From Elusimicrobiota bacterium (GTDB lineage: Bacteria > Elusimicrobiota > Endomicrobiia > Endomicrobiales > JBDRNC01), in assembly GCA_043811535.1 (NCBI GenBank), contig JBDRNC010000035.1, forward strand, positions 1-64,000: a DNA stretch of 64,000 nucleotides, read 5' to 3'. Position 1 is the stretch's first letter, and each line of letters begins with the position of its first letter. This document shows positions 53,464-62,656 of the stretch, piece by piece. A program made the translations under genes and the position numbers. Below the pieces are notes generated by a model. The model worked only from the letters and a program-made list of their open reading frames with translations, made no database searches and had not been told where the DNA came from.

Positions 53464-55545
53464 ATGAAAAAGATATACTTTTTGTTCGGCATACACAACC
53501 ACCAGCCTGTGGGAAATTTCCCTGAAGTGCTTGAGAAAGGCTACGCTGAATGTTATTGGCCGTTTATCGAAGTCCTGCGGCGCCACCCGAAAATTAAATG
53601 GTCGCTGCACTGCACCGGTATTTTATGGGACTTCTTCGCGGAAAAGCATCCGGAATACCTGGATGAGGTGAAGAAGATGGTGGATTCCGGCCAGGTAGAG
53701 CTCGTTACCGGCGGATATTACGAGCCAATAATGCCCGTGATACCAGACAGGGACAAGAGCGGGCAGATATCCAAGCACAGAAAATTCCTTAAAGAAACGT
53801 TTAACCGCGAAGCCAGGGGGATGTGGCTGGCGGAAAGGGTCTGGGAACCGCATCTATCTAAACCGCTTGCCGAAGCCGGCATTGAATATACAGTAGTTGA
53901 CGATACTCATTTCGCGGCCGCCGGAATGGATCCGGAGAAACTCCGCGGTTATTATGTGAGCGAAGAGCAGGGCGTAAAGCTCAATATATTCCCCATAAGC
54001 GAGCTTTTAAGATATTCCATACCGTTCCACACGGTTGAAAAGAACCTGGAGTATTTTCATTCATTCGCGCAGGAATCAGGAAATCCGGCCGTAGTGATGT
54101 TCGATGACGGGGAAAAATTCGGTTTGTGGCCCGAAACGAACAAACATTCCTATAAAGATAAGTGGCTCGAGAATTTCCTTTTAATGCTGGAGAATAACAA
54201 GGACTGGATCGAAACAATTACATTTTCGGAATACATGGATAAATTCAAGCCTGAGGGAAGGATATACCTGCCCGCAGCTTCCTATCTGGAAATGTCGGAA
54301 TGGGCGCTTCCGCCTGATTCACAGGAAGAGTTTGATAGGACCGTAAAACGTTTCAAAGACGATAACAGCGTCAAGAGATTCCTGCGCGGAGGTTTCTGGC
54401 GCAATTTCCTCACAAAATACGCCGAGTCCAACAATATGCACAAAAAGATGCTATATGTCAGCGATAAAGTAAACAGGCTGGCCGAAAATAATCCGGGGAA
54501 CGCGGCTATAGACAGCGCGAGGGATTCACTGTACGCCGGGCAGTGCAACTGCGCGTACTGGCACGGCGTGTTCGGCGGGCTTTATCTCCCGCATTTGAGA
54601 ACGGGCATCTACAGAAAACTTATCGAAGCGGAACTGTTCCTTAAAGAGGTCGAGCCAAAGGGCCAGCACGTACAGGAGATCGACTTTGACCGCGACGGCA
54701 GGAATGAGTTGATAATTGAAGACAGGCACCAGAATCTTTACATAGCCCCCGCTGAGGGCGGCTCGCTTTTTGAATGGGACATACTTCCGATGAAGATCAA
54801 TATCCTGAATGTATTGACGAGGAGAAAGGAAGCGTATCATCAGAAAATCAGGGATTCTGTCTCTAAACCGCAAAATCAGGACGGAAGCGTGAAAAGCATA
54901 CATGATATCGTAAAAGTAAAGGAACAGAACCTTGACAACTACCTTAATTACGATTGGTATCGGAAGGCCTCGCTGCTGGATCATTTCATTCACCCTTCGA
55001 CAAAATACAGCGATTTCATAAAGTGCAAGTACGGCGAGCAGGGCGATTTTGTGACTGGCGAATACACTCACGCGGTAAAGCAGAAAAAACTGACGCTTTA
55101 CAGGACTGGGACAGTATGGTGCAACGATAAACAATACAAAATCGGGATAGAAAAAGAGATTACGGTTCTGACTTCGGGTTTTTCCGTCAAATACACGCTG
55201 CGGAACCTGTCAAGCGAAAAAGCGCAGCTGATTTTTGCCCCGGAATTTAATTTTGCCTTTTCGGGAGTTAAAAACGAGGAAAACGGAGAGAAAAACGGAA
55301 TAAAGCATTGGTCTCTCAGGGATAAGCCGTTCGGATTTGATCTTTCAATGAAATTCGGAACCGAGTCGGATATATGGGTTTTCCCGCTGGAGACGGTATC
55401 GCTGTCAGAGTTCGGGTTTGAGCGCACATATCAGGGGACAACGCTTCTGAATGTTATAAAACTTGAGCTGTCTCCCACCGAGCCTAAAACCATAGATATT
55501 GAAATCAATGTTTCAAAAATAGGCTCTTCAAAAAGTAAGAGTTAA
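53464..55545 (+). CDS. GH57 alpha-amylase / 4-alpha-glucanotransferase (DUF1925/DUF1926)
   Basis: HNHQP, GMWLAERVW, FDDGEKFG, SYLEMSEW, GQCNCAYWHG, SIHD. Confidence 0.9.
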   Translation: MKKIYFLFGIHNHQPVGNFPEVLEKGYAECYWPFIEVLRRHPKIKWSLHCTGILWDFFAEKHPEYLDEVKKMVDSGQVELVTGGYYEPIMPVIPDRDKSGQISKHRKFLKETFNREARGMWLAERVWEPHLSKPLAEAGIEYTVVDDTHFAAAGMDPEKLRGYYVSEEQGVKLNIFPISELLRYSIPFHTVEKNLEYFHSFAQESGNPAVVMFDDGEKFGLWPETNKHSYKDKWLENFLLMLENNKDWIETITFSEYMDKFKPEGRIYLPAASYLEMSEWALPPDSQEEFDRTVKRFKDDNSVKRFLRGGFWRNFLTKYAESNNMHKKMLYVSDKVNRLAENNPGNAAIDSARDSLYAGQCNCAYWHGVFGGLYLPHLRTGIYRKLIEAELFLKEVEPKGQHVQEIDFDRDGRNELIIEDRHQNLYIAPAEGGSLFEWDILPMKINILNVLTRRKEAYHQKIRDSVSKPQNQDGSVKSIHDIVKVKEQNLDNYLNYDWYRKASLLDHFIHPSTKYSDFIKCKYGEQGDFVTGEYTHAVKQKKLTLYRTGTVWCNDKQYKIGIEKEITVLTSGFSVKYTLRNLSSEKAQLIFAPEFNFAFSGVKNEENGEKNGIKHWSLRDKPFGFDLSMKFGTESDIWVFPLETVSLSEFGFERTYQGTTLLNVIKLELSPTEPKTIDIEINVSKIGSSKSKS

Positions 55546-55550
55546 CGCTT

Positions 55551-56180
55551 ATGACAGAGATTATTGTAATAGCCGTGCTCGCGGCAATACTCGGTCTGGA
55601 CGTAAATGCCGTAGGAAGAATTATGGTGTCGCGGCCGATAATATGCGCTCCTTTGGTAGGATACATTTTGGGAGACGTCAAAAGCGGCTTGTGGATCGGA
55701 ATCATCATTGAACTTCTTTGGATAGGCGATATACCTCTGGGCGCCGCGATTCCTTATGACACGACGGTGTTGTCCGTTATCACGGCGTATTGGGGGATAG
55801 AAGCAGTGCCCGGCTATCCGGGCTCGATGATGCTTGCAATGGCCGTCGCTATACCGGCCATGGTGCTTCACAATAAACTTAAGATCAGTCTCAGATATCT
55901 GAACATAAGGATAGCTCACTGGGTGGAAACGGGAGTAATAAACAACAAAGAAGACAGGATCGCAAAGGGCATATTCATGGGGATCTTGTTCAATTTCCTT
56001 AAAAACCTGGTCTTTTACCTGGCAATTTTGTTCCCGGGGAAACTGTTGGTTAATCTTGTTTTTCAACAGCTGCCTTTTGACGTGGTCCGGATGCTGGAAA
56101 TCTCGATATGGCTTTTACCGCTTGCGGGAATCGGGATTGTACTGGTAAGTTTCCACGGCAAATTCCCGTGCCCCAAGTAA
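55551..56180 (+). CDS. PTS mannose-family EIIC (short)
   Basis: LD...MVSRPII...GYILGD...GL.IG..ELLW.G..PLGAA.P. Confidence 0.85.
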   Translation: MTEIIVIAVLAAILGLDVNAVGRIMVSRPIICAPLVGYILGDVKSGLWIGIIIELLWIGDIPLGAAIPYDTTVLSVITAYWGIEAVPGYPGSMMLAMAVAIPAMVLHNKLKISLRYLNIRIAHWVETGVINNKEDRIAKGIFMGILFNFLKNLVFYLAILFPGKLLVNLVFQQLPFDVVRMLEISIWLLPLAGIGIVLVSFHGKFPCPK

Positions 56181-56187
56181 AACGCTT

Positions 56188-56949
56188 ATGATAAACAACA
56201 GAATATTCTTGTCCGTGTTCCTGAGGTCTTTCCTGCTGCAGGCTTTGTGGAACTTTGAGCGGCTGCAGAACGTAGGGTTCGCCTACGGGATTCTGCCCGT
56301 GCTCAGAAAAATATATCCTTCGGCGGAAGAGCGAAAAGAAGCGGTGCTGAGGCATATGAGTTTTTTCAACACTCATCCGTATATGGTAAATATGATTTTC
56401 GGCCTTGTTTCCGCGATGGAAGAGGACGCCTCAAAAGGGAAAATCCATAAAGACGAGATAACTAAAACTAAAAATAACATAGCCGGCCCGCTCGCGGCGA
56501 TAGGAGACTCATTTTTCTGGGCCACGTGGCTCCCTTTTGTCGTCATCCTGACGGTCAGCCTTATAATATTCTTCTGGGATAAGAGCAGTCCGCGCGGAAC
56601 GTTCGTACCGCTGATATTTTTTCTGACTATGTACAACCTGATCGCGCTCCCGTTCTGTTACTGGAGCCTTCTTATGAGCTTCAAACTGCAGAATAAAGTT
56701 ATAAAACTCATTGTCGGGATCGATTTCCAGAAATCCATGAACCTGATCCGCTTGCTGAGCAAGGCGATACTTACGGTCCTTTTGATATTTTATATCGCAA
56801 AATTTTCCGGCGGGGTGGGTGAAACAGCATTATTCATAATAGTGTTTTTGTCAGGCGCCGTTTTGGGGTGTTTGAGATGGTCGCCGATAGCCATATTCTA
56901 TCTGACTCTTCTGATAAGCCTTGCTGCCGTATTGACGGGGATAGCGTAA
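56188..56949 (+). CDS. PTS mannose-family EIID
   Basis: LQALWNFERLQNVG, RH..FFNTHP, GPLAAIGDSFFW. Confidence 0.92.
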   Translation: MINNRIFLSVFLRSFLLQALWNFERLQNVGFAYGILPVLRKIYPSAEERKEAVLRHMSFFNTHPYMVNMIFGLVSAMEEDASKGKIHKDEITKTKNNIAGPLAAIGDSFFWATWLPFVVILTVSLIIFFWDKSSPRGTFVPLIFFLTMYNLIALPFCYWSLLMSFKLQNKVIKLIVGIDFQKSMNLIRLLSKAILTVLLIFYIAKFSGGVGETALFIIVFLSGAVLGCLRWSPIAIFYLTLLISLAAVLTGIA

Positions 56950-56963
56950 AGATAAAATATAAA

Positions 56964-57230
56964 ATGCAAGAGAAAACCTTGACCATCAAGAATAAACTCG
57001 GACTGCACGCCAGACCTGCGGCGCAGTTCGTCCAGGCCGCTACAAAGTATAAATCGATTATCAAGCTGTTCAAAGACGACCAGGAAGTCGACGGGAAGAG
57101 CATTATGGGGATAATGACGCTCGCGGCGTGCATAGGTTCGCAGATAAAGCTGGTTATTGCGGGAGAAGATGAAGAGATGGCAATGAGCGAGCTGACGGAA
57201 ATGATAGAAAGCGGTTTCGGCGAAGATTGA
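56964..57230 (+). CDS. ptsH: Phosphocarrier protein HPr
   Basis: NKLGLHARPAA (His15), GKSIMGIM (Ser46); start ATG 56964. Confidence 0.96.
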   Translation: MQEKTLTIKNKLGLHARPAAQFVQAATKYKSIIKLFKDDQEVDGKSIMGIMTLAACIGSQIKLVIAGEDEEMAMSELTEMIESGFGED

Positions 57231-57325
57231 AACTCTGCGGGCGCATGCCCGCATTTGAATAAGATGTTCACGTCAAGTTGAAATCCGCCGGAGTCCCGTT
57301 GTGTGGGACGCAGGTGGAATAGCAA

Positions 57326-57360
57326 CAATGACCAATGAACAATTATCAATAATCAATAAA
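57326..57360. repeat. Heptamer array CAAT(G/T/A)A(C/A/T) x5
   Basis: CAATGAC CAATGAA CAATTAT CAATAAT CAATAAA; complementary-type array at 44208-44231. Confidence 0.7.
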
Positions 57361-57398
57361 CGGTTAAATATTTAAACATATCGTCAAGGGGAAAAATT

Positions 57399-59177
57399 AT
57401 GACAGAAAAGACGGAAAAAACAGAAAAAAACACTACTTACATTCTGCAGGGTGTCGCGGCGTCTCCGGGTATAGCGATAGGAAAAGTATTCCTAATGGAA
57501 GATGAGGAGTTCTACCCCGTTCAAAGAGAAGTTCTAAAGGACGACACGAAAAAAGAGATAAACAAATTCCGCGAAGCGCTGAGCAAAACAAGGGCGGAGA
57601 TGTTGGCGACGCAGGAAAATATATATAAAATCCTGGGCAAGGAGTACGCAAGGCTCGCGGACGCCTACTTGCTGATTCTCGAAGATCCTATCATGACGCG
57701 TGATGTAGTAAAAAGGATAAGCGAAGGCATAAACGCGGAGTACGCGCTTTTTAAGGTATTGGAACGCGTTATCCGCTCGTTCGAAATGATAGATGACGAA
57801 TATTTCAGGGAAAGAAAACACGATATACAGGATGTTGGCAAAAAAATACTCAGGCACTTGATGGGGAAAGACAAAAGATCGATTTCTGAAGTCGCTTCTG
57901 AATGCATAGTAGTGGCGCACAATCTTTCTCCGGCCGATACTATCGCGATGAGGGAAAATCTAATTAAAGGTTTTGCAACAGATATAGGAGGACGCACGTC
58001 GCATACCGCCATAGTTGCCCAAAGCCTTGAAATACCTGCCGTAGTCGGGCTTAAGAATATCACGGGACAGATGCACGAAGGCGATATCGTGATCGTAGAC
58101 GGGAATCAAGGTCTGGTTGTCGTTAATCCGTCGCCCGAGATCATTGAGAATTACCGCAGGGAACAGGAAGTTATAGTGCTGGAGGGCAGGGAACTTGAGA
58201 AACTGCGGGACCTTCCCGCTCAGACGACGGACGGCCACAGAGTGACAATAGCGGCGAATATAGACAATCCCGAAGAAGTGAAATCAGTCCTGAAACACGG
58301 CGCTGAGGGAGTGGGGCTGTACCGCACGGAATTCCTGTATTTCAACAGGACCGAAATGCCCACGGAAGAAGAGCACTACCAGAACTACCTGAGGGCCGGG
58401 CAGAAACTGCTGCCGCACAGCGTTATCGTAAGGACCATGGACATAGGCGGGGATAAGCTTTCCCATCTCGGCTTTGAAGGTTTCAGCGAAGAGACAAATC
58501 CTTTCCTGGGGATGAGAGCCATACGCCTCTGCCTTAAGTACCCCGCGATATTCAAAACTCAGCTTCGCGGGATCCTGAGAGCGTCCGGCGACTGCAGGCT
58601 GAAGATAATGTACCCGATGGTTTCCAGTGTCCATGAGATCCTGGCCGCGAACAAAATTCTGGAAGAGTGCAAAGAGGAGCTCAGAAAAGAAGGTAAAAAG
58701 TTTGACGAGAATATTGAGGTTGGCGTGATGATAGAGGTTCCGTCGGCCGCGATAACTGCCGACTTGATAGCGAAAGAAACGGATTTTCTTTCCATCGGCA
58801 CCAATGATCTGATACAGTACACGCTTGCGGTTGACAGGGTGAACGAGAATGTGGCCGATCTTTACGAGCCGCTGCACCTGTCTATATTGCGCCTGATAAA
58901 AAATATTGTCGACGCCGGTCATCGTGCCGGGAAATGGGTGGGCATGTGCGGCGAAATGGCGTGCGACCCGACATTTACCATGTTACTGATAGGCCTTGGA
59001 TTGAACGAATTCAGCGTGTCTCCGGTCGCGGTTCCCAAGATCAAGAAGATCGCCCGCAGCGTTTCTTTGGTCGATTCAAAGGCCTTAGTTGAAGAGATAA
59101 TGGATTCTTCCAGCAAGGAAGAAATAATGAAAGCAATGAAAAGGTCCGAATTTAAAGGTTCGACTATATCAAACTGA
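57399..59177 (+). CDS. ptsI: PTS enzyme I
   Basis: GVAASPGIAIG, GGRTSHTAI, GLYRTEF, NPFLG.RAIR, SIGTNDL.QY, CGEMA. Confidence 0.97.
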   Translation: MTEKTEKTEKNTTYILQGVAASPGIAIGKVFLMEDEEFYPVQREVLKDDTKKEINKFREALSKTRAEMLATQENIYKILGKEYARLADAYLLILEDPIMTRDVVKRISEGINAEYALFKVLERVIRSFEMIDDEYFRERKHDIQDVGKKILRHLMGKDKRSISEVASECIVVAHNLSPADTIAMRENLIKGFATDIGGRTSHTAIVAQSLEIPAVVGLKNITGQMHEGDIVIVDGNQGLVVVNPSPEIIENYRREQEVIVLEGRELEKLRDLPAQTTDGHRVTIAANIDNPEEVKSVLKHGAEGVGLYRTEFLYFNRTEMPTEEEHYQNYLRAGQKLLPHSVIVRTMDIGGDKLSHLGFEGFSEETNPFLGMRAIRLCLKYPAIFKTQLRGILRASGDCRLKIMYPMVSSVHEILAANKILEECKEELRKEGKKFDENIEVGVMIEVPSAAITADLIAKETDFLSIGTNDLIQYTLAVDRVNENVADLYEPLHLSILRLIKNIVDAGHRAGKWVGMCGEMACDPTFTMLLIGLGLNEFSVSPVAVPKIKKIARSVSLVDSKALVEEIMDSSSKEEIMKAMKRSEFKGSTISN

Positions 59178-59180
59178 CTA

Positions 59181-59324
59181 CAAGCCGGGTTTCACCTGCG
59201 CACCAGAATGCCCCGGGGCGTAAGCCCATAAGTTGCATGATTTGCCAGGCATTCGGTGCGGGGTTCCGCGCTCCGAATATCAGAAAGGGTTGATGACTGA
59301 GCGTAAGTTCGGGGAGCGCTTCAC
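59181..59324. repeat. Dispersed element family Y, copy 2 (inverted)
   Basis: Reverse complement aligns with 48225-48372. Confidence 0.8.
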
Positions 59325-59377
59325 CTGCGTGGTTCTCATGCCTCAGGGTCAAATTCCGCTAACGTACAAAAAAAATC

Positions 59378-61171
59378 ATGGAAATTAAAAACATAAGGAA
59401 TTTCTGCATCATAGCGCACATCGACCACGGCAAAAGCACGCTTGCCGACAGGCTCCTGGAATTTACCGGCACGATATCCATGCGCGATATGCGCGACCAG
59501 ATACTTGACGGCATGGACCTTGAGCGCGAGCGCGGCATAACAATTAAGGCAAAAGCGGTCAGGATGGACTATACCGATGAGAACGGCAGCAAAATTATTC
59601 TGAACCTGATCGACACACCGGGTCACGTGGATTTTACCTATGAAGTGTCGAGGGCGATGGCCGCGTGCGAAGGGGCGCTTCTGGTAGTAGACGCTTCGCA
59701 GGGAGTGGAGGCGCAGACACTTGCGAATTATTATCTCGCGAAGAACGCGAATCTTAAGATTATCCCGGTAATAAACAAGATTGACCTGCCTACCGCGGAC
59801 ATCAACGGGACGAGAGACCAAATTCACGAGGCTCTTGAAAACGCCGACGAACCCATACTTGCAAGCGCGAAAGACGGCAAGGGGATAAAGGAAATAATAG
59901 ACACAATCATAAACACCGTACCGGTCCCGAAGGGCGAACCAGACGACCCTCTTGCGGCGCTGGTTTTTGATTCATACTACGACATCTACAGGGGCGTCGT
60001 GATAATCGTGCGGGTCATAGACGGCGAGATCAAGCCTCGCATGAAGATAATGATGCATTCCACGGGCGTTTTCTATGAAGTTCTGGAAGTCGGATTTTCG
60101 AAGATAAAAATGATTCCTTCGGCATCCCTGAAAGCCGGCGAGGTGGGATACATCGTTGCCGGCATCAAGAATATACATGACGTAAAAATCGGAGATACGA
60201 TCACCGACAAAGCAAGGCCGACTGTCAAGCCGCACGCTGGCTATAAGGAAATAAAGCCGTTCGTTTTTTCCGGCCTTTATCCGGTAAATTCCGGTGATTA
60301 CGATAACCTGAAAAACGCTCTAGAAAAACTGCATTTGTCGGATTCATCCCTTTATTATATCCCGGAAACATCCGTCGCGCTCGGATTCGGTTTCAGGTGC
60401 GGGTTTTTGGGATCGCTGCACCTGGAGATAGTTAAAGAAAGGCTTGAACGCGAATTCGGGCTTAATCTTTTGATAACGGCGCCGAACGTCGTGTACCGCG
60501 TAAGGACCGAAAGCGACAGCATTGAAGTTGATAATCCCGCGAAATTCCCGCTTTACGGGGACATAAGGCTCATAGAAGAGCCCTATGTCATGTCGACGAT
60601 AATCTGCCCGGGAGATTACATCGGCGCGGTTATGGACCTGTGTCAGAAGAAAAGGGGAAAACAGGTGCTTTTCCGTTTTCTTGACATGAAGCGGGCGATA
60701 GTCAAGTATGAGATGCCTTTGGCGGATGTAATCGTCGGTTTCTACGACGCCTTGAAATCAGTATCAAAGGGGTACGCTTCATTCGACTACGAACACATCG
60801 GGTACAGGGAGGGCGAGCTTGTCAAGCTGGAGATTATGATAAACCAGGAAGTCATTGACGCTTTTTCGCTTATCGTCCACAGGGATAACGCCCAGACTGT
60901 CGCGCATTTTCTCGCGGAAAAACTGAAAAGCATAATACCTAAGCAGATGTTCGAGATACCCATACAGGCAAAAGTCAACAACAAGGTCATAGCCAGGGAA
61001 AATATAGGAGCTCTGCGGAAAGATGTTCTGGCCAAATGTTACGGCGGCGATATAACCAGAAAACGAAAGCTGCTCGAGAAACAAAAGGAAGGAAAAAAGA
61101 AAATGAGGCAGTTCGGAAGAGTGGAAATTCCTCCGGAGGCCTTTGTGGCCGTATTAAAGATAGGAGAATAA
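59378..61171 (+). CDS. lepA: Elongation factor 4
   Basis: AHIDHGKSTLADR, DTPGHVDF, GFRCGFLG.LH, KCYGGDITRKRKLLEKQK. Confidence 0.98.
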   Translation: MEIKNIRNFCIIAHIDHGKSTLADRLLEFTGTISMRDMRDQILDGMDLERERGITIKAKAVRMDYTDENGSKIILNLIDTPGHVDFTYEVSRAMAACEGALLVVDASQGVEAQTLANYYLAKNANLKIIPVINKIDLPTADINGTRDQIHEALENADEPILASAKDGKGIKEIIDTIINTVPVPKGEPDDPLAALVFDSYYDIYRGVVIIVRVIDGEIKPRMKIMMHSTGVFYEVLEVGFSKIKMIPSASLKAGEVGYIVAGIKNIHDVKIGDTITDKARPTVKPHAGYKEIKPFVFSGLYPVNSGDYDNLKNALEKLHLSDSSLYYIPETSVALGFGFRCGFLGSLHLEIVKERLEREFGLNLLITAPNVVYRVRTESDSIEVDNPAKFPLYGDIRLIEEPYVMSTIICPGDYIGAVMDLCQKKRGKQVLFRFLDMKRAIVKYEMPLADVIVGFYDALKSVSKGYASFDYEHIGYREGELVKLEIMINQEVIDAFSLIVHRDNAQTVAHFLAEKLKSIIPKQMFEIPIQAKVNNKVIARENIGALRKDVLAKCYGGDITRKRKLLEKQKEGKKKMRQFGRVEIPPEAFVAVLKIGE

Positions 61172-61173
61172 AA

Positions 61174-61983
61174 ATGAATGCCTGGCAATATTTCTGGAAT
61201 CAAAGCATGGAATTGAAGCTGCTCGTATTCGCCGTTGTCCTTTTTGTCATTTCAAGATTCACGAAAAAATGGAAGGAAAAGGCCGCCGCGGACGATAAGT
61301 CCATGAAGCTTCGCAAGGAAACGCATGAATGGATGGAAACAGGATGGTCAGCCGTTCTGATTGCCGCTTTCATCATGTATTTTTTCATACAGGCCTTCAA
61401 GATACCTTCGGGAAGCATGAGAAACACGCTGTTGGAGGGAGACCATCTTTTTGTGAATAAATTTATTTACGGGCTTCATATACCGTTAAGCGACGGCAAA
61501 AGAGTTGTTGCGCTCAGAAAAGTGCAGTACAAAGACATAGTGGTGTTCAAGTGCCCTCCGCAGGCCCTTTCTCCGATGGAACGCGACCAGGGAATTTCAA
61601 AAGATTTCATCAAGCGCTGTGTGGCGTTAGGCGGCGACGTTGTTGAGATAAAGAACAAGAGATTATTTGTCAACGGAAAGCCGGTCGAAGAACCTTATTT
61701 GAACTTCACGGACAGGAACGTGTATCCGAGTGTTAAGATTTTCAGCAATTCAAGCCAGTACCAGCGCGCGTGGGAGTCCGGCCAGTTCGCCAACCTTTCC
61801 CCGGACGTGATCCGTGACAATTTCGGGCCTGCGGTGGTGCCTGCCGGCCATTATTTCGTGATGGGCGACAACAGGGACAGGTCGTTTGATTCGCGTTTTT
61901 GGGGACCCCTTCCGGACAAATACTTGAAGGGAAGGGCGCTGCTGCTTTATTGGCCGCTGAAGAGGTTAAGGATTATCCGATAA
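61174..61983 (+). CDS. lepB: Signal peptidase I
   Basis: IPSGSM, FIKRC, GDNRD.S.DSRFWG; start ATG 61174 after AGGAG. Confidence 0.95.
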   Translation: MNAWQYFWNQSMELKLLVFAVVLFVISRFTKKWKEKAAADDKSMKLRKETHEWMETGWSAVLIAAFIMYFFIQAFKIPSGSMRNTLLEGDHLFVNKFIYGLHIPLSDGKRVVALRKVQYKDIVVFKCPPQALSPMERDQGISKDFIKRCVALGGDVVEIKNKRLFVNGKPVEEPYLNFTDRNVYPSVKIFSNSSQYQRAWESGQFANLSPDVIRDNFGPAVVPAGHYFVMGDNRDRSFDSRFWGPLPDKYLKGRALLLYWPLKRLRIIR

Positions 61984-62015
61984 ACGGATTTAAGCGCATT
62001 CCAGTCATTTTGCGG

Positions 62016-62050
62016 GCCCGGTTTTAGCAAATAAAGCCGGGTTTTTGTTT
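62016..62050 (+). terminator. Intrinsic terminator after lepB
   Basis: CCCGGTTTTA-GCAAA-TAAAGCCGGG followed by TTTTTGTTT. Confidence 0.7.
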
Positions 62051-62072
62051 GCAGGGAGCTGGTTGGGCCGCC

Positions 62073-62101
62073 TTTACAAATAAAGTCAAAAATATTATAA
62101 T
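62073..62101 (+). promoter_or_regulatory. sigma70-like promoter for nfeD-SPFH
   Basis: TTTACA, 17 nt, TATAAT. Confidence 0.65.
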
Positions 62102-62136
62102 TATGAATAAGAATTGCTATTTAGGAGGAAGACTTT

Positions 62137-62565
62137 ATGCTTTGGCCGAAATGGATGTTAATAGCTGCTGTGCTAATGGTAATTGAAATTGTGACACCGG
62201 GAAGTTTTTTCTTCGCTTGCCTGAGCATTGGCGCCATCAGCGCCGGCCTGATCAGCCTGCTGAAAGTGGCCGCGTGGGTCCAGTGGATCGTTTTCATAAC
62301 AGTTTCGATTTTAACGATTTACTTTGTCAAACCGATAGCGAAAAAGTTTTTTATTCCAACGGCAAAGAAATTCAACGTAGACGCTCTAATAGGCAAAAAA
62401 GTATGGGTTACCGAAAAGATAGAGCCGGCTAATATGGGGATGGTGAAAGCCGGGGGCGCTCTCTGGAGAGCTGAGTGCGATGTTGCCGTCGAGCCGAATA
62501 CATGGGTGGAGGTAACCGCTGTTGACGGCTCGCACCTTATAGTCAAGCCCGCGCAAAGCAATTAA
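62137..62565 (+). CDS. NfeD-family (short) membrane protein
   Basis: TMs with IEI.TPGSFF, LIGK...V, G.VK..G.LWRA OB-fold; adjacent to SPFH gene. Confidence 0.88.
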   Translation: MLWPKWMLIAAVLMVIEIVTPGSFFFACLSIGAISAGLISLLKVAAWVQWIVFITVSILTIYFVKPIAKKFFIPTAKKFNVDALIGKKVWVTEKIEPANMGMVKAGGALWRAECDVAVEPNTWVEVTAVDGSHLIVKPAQSN

Positions 62566-62598
62566 AAAGCTCCTGGTTGTTGTCGTTGAAGTTGTAGT

Positions 62599-62634
62599 AA
62601 TCTTTGAAATCTTTCAAATCTTTACAATCTTAAA
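62599..62634. repeat. 9-mer array AATCTTTNN x4
   Basis: AATCTTTGA AATCTTTCA AATCTTTAC AATCTTAAA. Confidence 0.7.
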
Positions 62635-62656
62635 ATTGTCTTAAAGGAGGTCGCAT

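Noticed and set aside
5097..61173. Longest-ORF N-terminal extensions (5097, 7189, 20306, 27578, 40907, 46073, 56868, 61036)
   Set aside because: They run through repeats or upstream genes; downstream starts match family N-termini and/or have an SD
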